From positions 62,000,001 to 62,064,000 of the forward strand of contig NC_043009.1 of the NCBI RefSeq assembly GCF_006345805.1: a stretch of DNA of 64,000 nt. Direction: 5' to 3'. Each line of letters starts with the position of its first letter. The first letter of the stretch is position 1. Below are positions 62,862 through 64,000 of the stretch, piece by piece. This DNA is from Octopus sinensis (lineage: Eukaryota). Position numbers and translations under genes: made by a program. The notes below the pieces were generated by a model. The model had not been told where the DNA came from. It was given only the letters and a program-made list of their open reading frames with translations, and did no database searches.

Positions 62862-63060
62862 CATGATTTGAGGTAGAATATCTCGGTCCTGGCGGATACT
62901 GCATCTCATGATTACCCGGCATATGATCAGCTGCATAGCCTGTCATTGCTGACCTTCTAGAAACTGCTTTCACCTGTTGATGATAGTTGGTATATTCAGG
63001 GTGCAACGGCCGTGGTTGAGCTGGACGCCGGTCACCAACAACTGGGCTTTCATGAGGTGA
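62862..63060 (-). CDS. NUP153: NUP153 exon
   Basis: SPHESPVVGDRRP...PRYSTSNH; TTGCAG/GTAAGG, phase 0-1. Confidence 0.85.
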
Positions 63061-63357
63061 CTGCAACAAAAAACAAAGTCATCGATGTAAAATATAGCAA
63101 CAGCTGTGTTTGGAGGGCAGTAATGGGAAGATCTTGCACTATTTATAAACAGGTCTAATTTTTCACAGTTTTCGTCAATTTGCTCAAACTGGTGTGAGCC
63201 TGTTTTGACGCATTAATCTTAATTGGAGAACCTCCAAGTAACATAGGAAACCACATTTAGTTGAGCTTTTAATCATTTTGATGAATGCATCAAGCAATTT
63301 TAAATACTTGAAAGTTAATGAAAAGTGTGAATCAAGTAACGAAGGCAGAATACATAC

Positions 63358-63522
63358 AGAATAATTGTTGTCATCACTGTCTTTAATTTCATTTCCATTT
63401 TGATCTTCTTCGTCAATCACAGTATTTTGAGAATTCTCTGTGGGGTTGTTCTTCATGAAATCGGACAGCCATGATGGAACAAAAATATCTTTTACGGTGT
63501 CAGTGAATTTTGTAAACAATGA
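63358..63522 (-). CDS. NUP153: NUP153 exon with N-terminal amphipathic membrane-binding helix
   Basis: SLFTKFTDTVKDIFVPSWLSDFM (vertebrate GILSRVTESVKNIVPGWLQRYF); TTGTAG/GTATGT, phase 0-0. Confidence 0.92.
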
Positions 63523-64000
63523 CTACAAAGAGGGAAAAAGGAAACCAAAAAAATTTTTTTAATTAATCATATTCTTGTATTACATTATCAGATCAATTAG
63601 ATAAACATGTTGCATGAAGTAGATCTACATGAAGTGTAATAGCTAAGTGACCGCGATGGTTAAAGGCTCATCAATCGTGATGAGAAATTGTATCCACAGT
63701 AAAGACATCTGTTGATAAACTCATCTTTTCAACTGTAAATGGTACAATAGTGAGGTAGAGATCACCATGCTAAGAGAATTGGTCCAGTTAACTAATGGTG
63801 TAAGATGTTAGAAATGTTTTGAAATGGTTAACAGACCCTCTGAGGTTCTACTTCTATGTCTGACTGCAGAAATGTCAAATGCTCACCTGGAGGACAGTGA
63901 ACTCAGTCTTGAGAAAACAGAAAAATGTGTTAACAATATTTAAATGATGAGTGTTTGTCAAGCACTACTACTACAGTAAACTTCAGCTTGTAAGTTCTTC

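Overview
Eukaryotic, AT-rich, intron-rich genomic DNA. The repeat complement (RTE LINEs with (GAT)n tails, tRNA-derived SINEs, abundant (TA)n) suggests an octopus or other coleoid cephalopod; this is an inference, not a search result. Two genes lie tail-to-tail. On the + strand are the last six coding exons of the E3 ligase mind bomb 1 (end of the ankyrin region plus RING1-3; stop at 16335-16337). On the - strand is almost all of nucleoporin NUP153: 25 phase-consistent exons from 63522 to 22606 giving about 1530 aa, with an amphipathic helix, N-terminal domain, RanBP2-type zinc fingers, FG repeats and a basic tail; the first exon lies outside the window. Introns are packed with RTE, CR1/L2-like and HERO-like LINE fragments, SINEs, piggyBac, mariner and hAT elements, and non-autonomous Helitrons; repeat boundaries are approximate. 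Most notable: (1) a 128-bp palindrome in a MIB1 intron whose arms each encode a type-I hammerhead ribozyme fold, plus several decayed hammerhead-like relatives (Penelope-like terminal repeats); (2) an unexplained 115-codon exon candidate beside a divergent fifth zinc-finger exon inside NUP153; (3) a PHD-like finger inside an RTE reverse transcriptase; (4) a recursive-splice-type exon and a 21-nt microexon candidate in NUP153.
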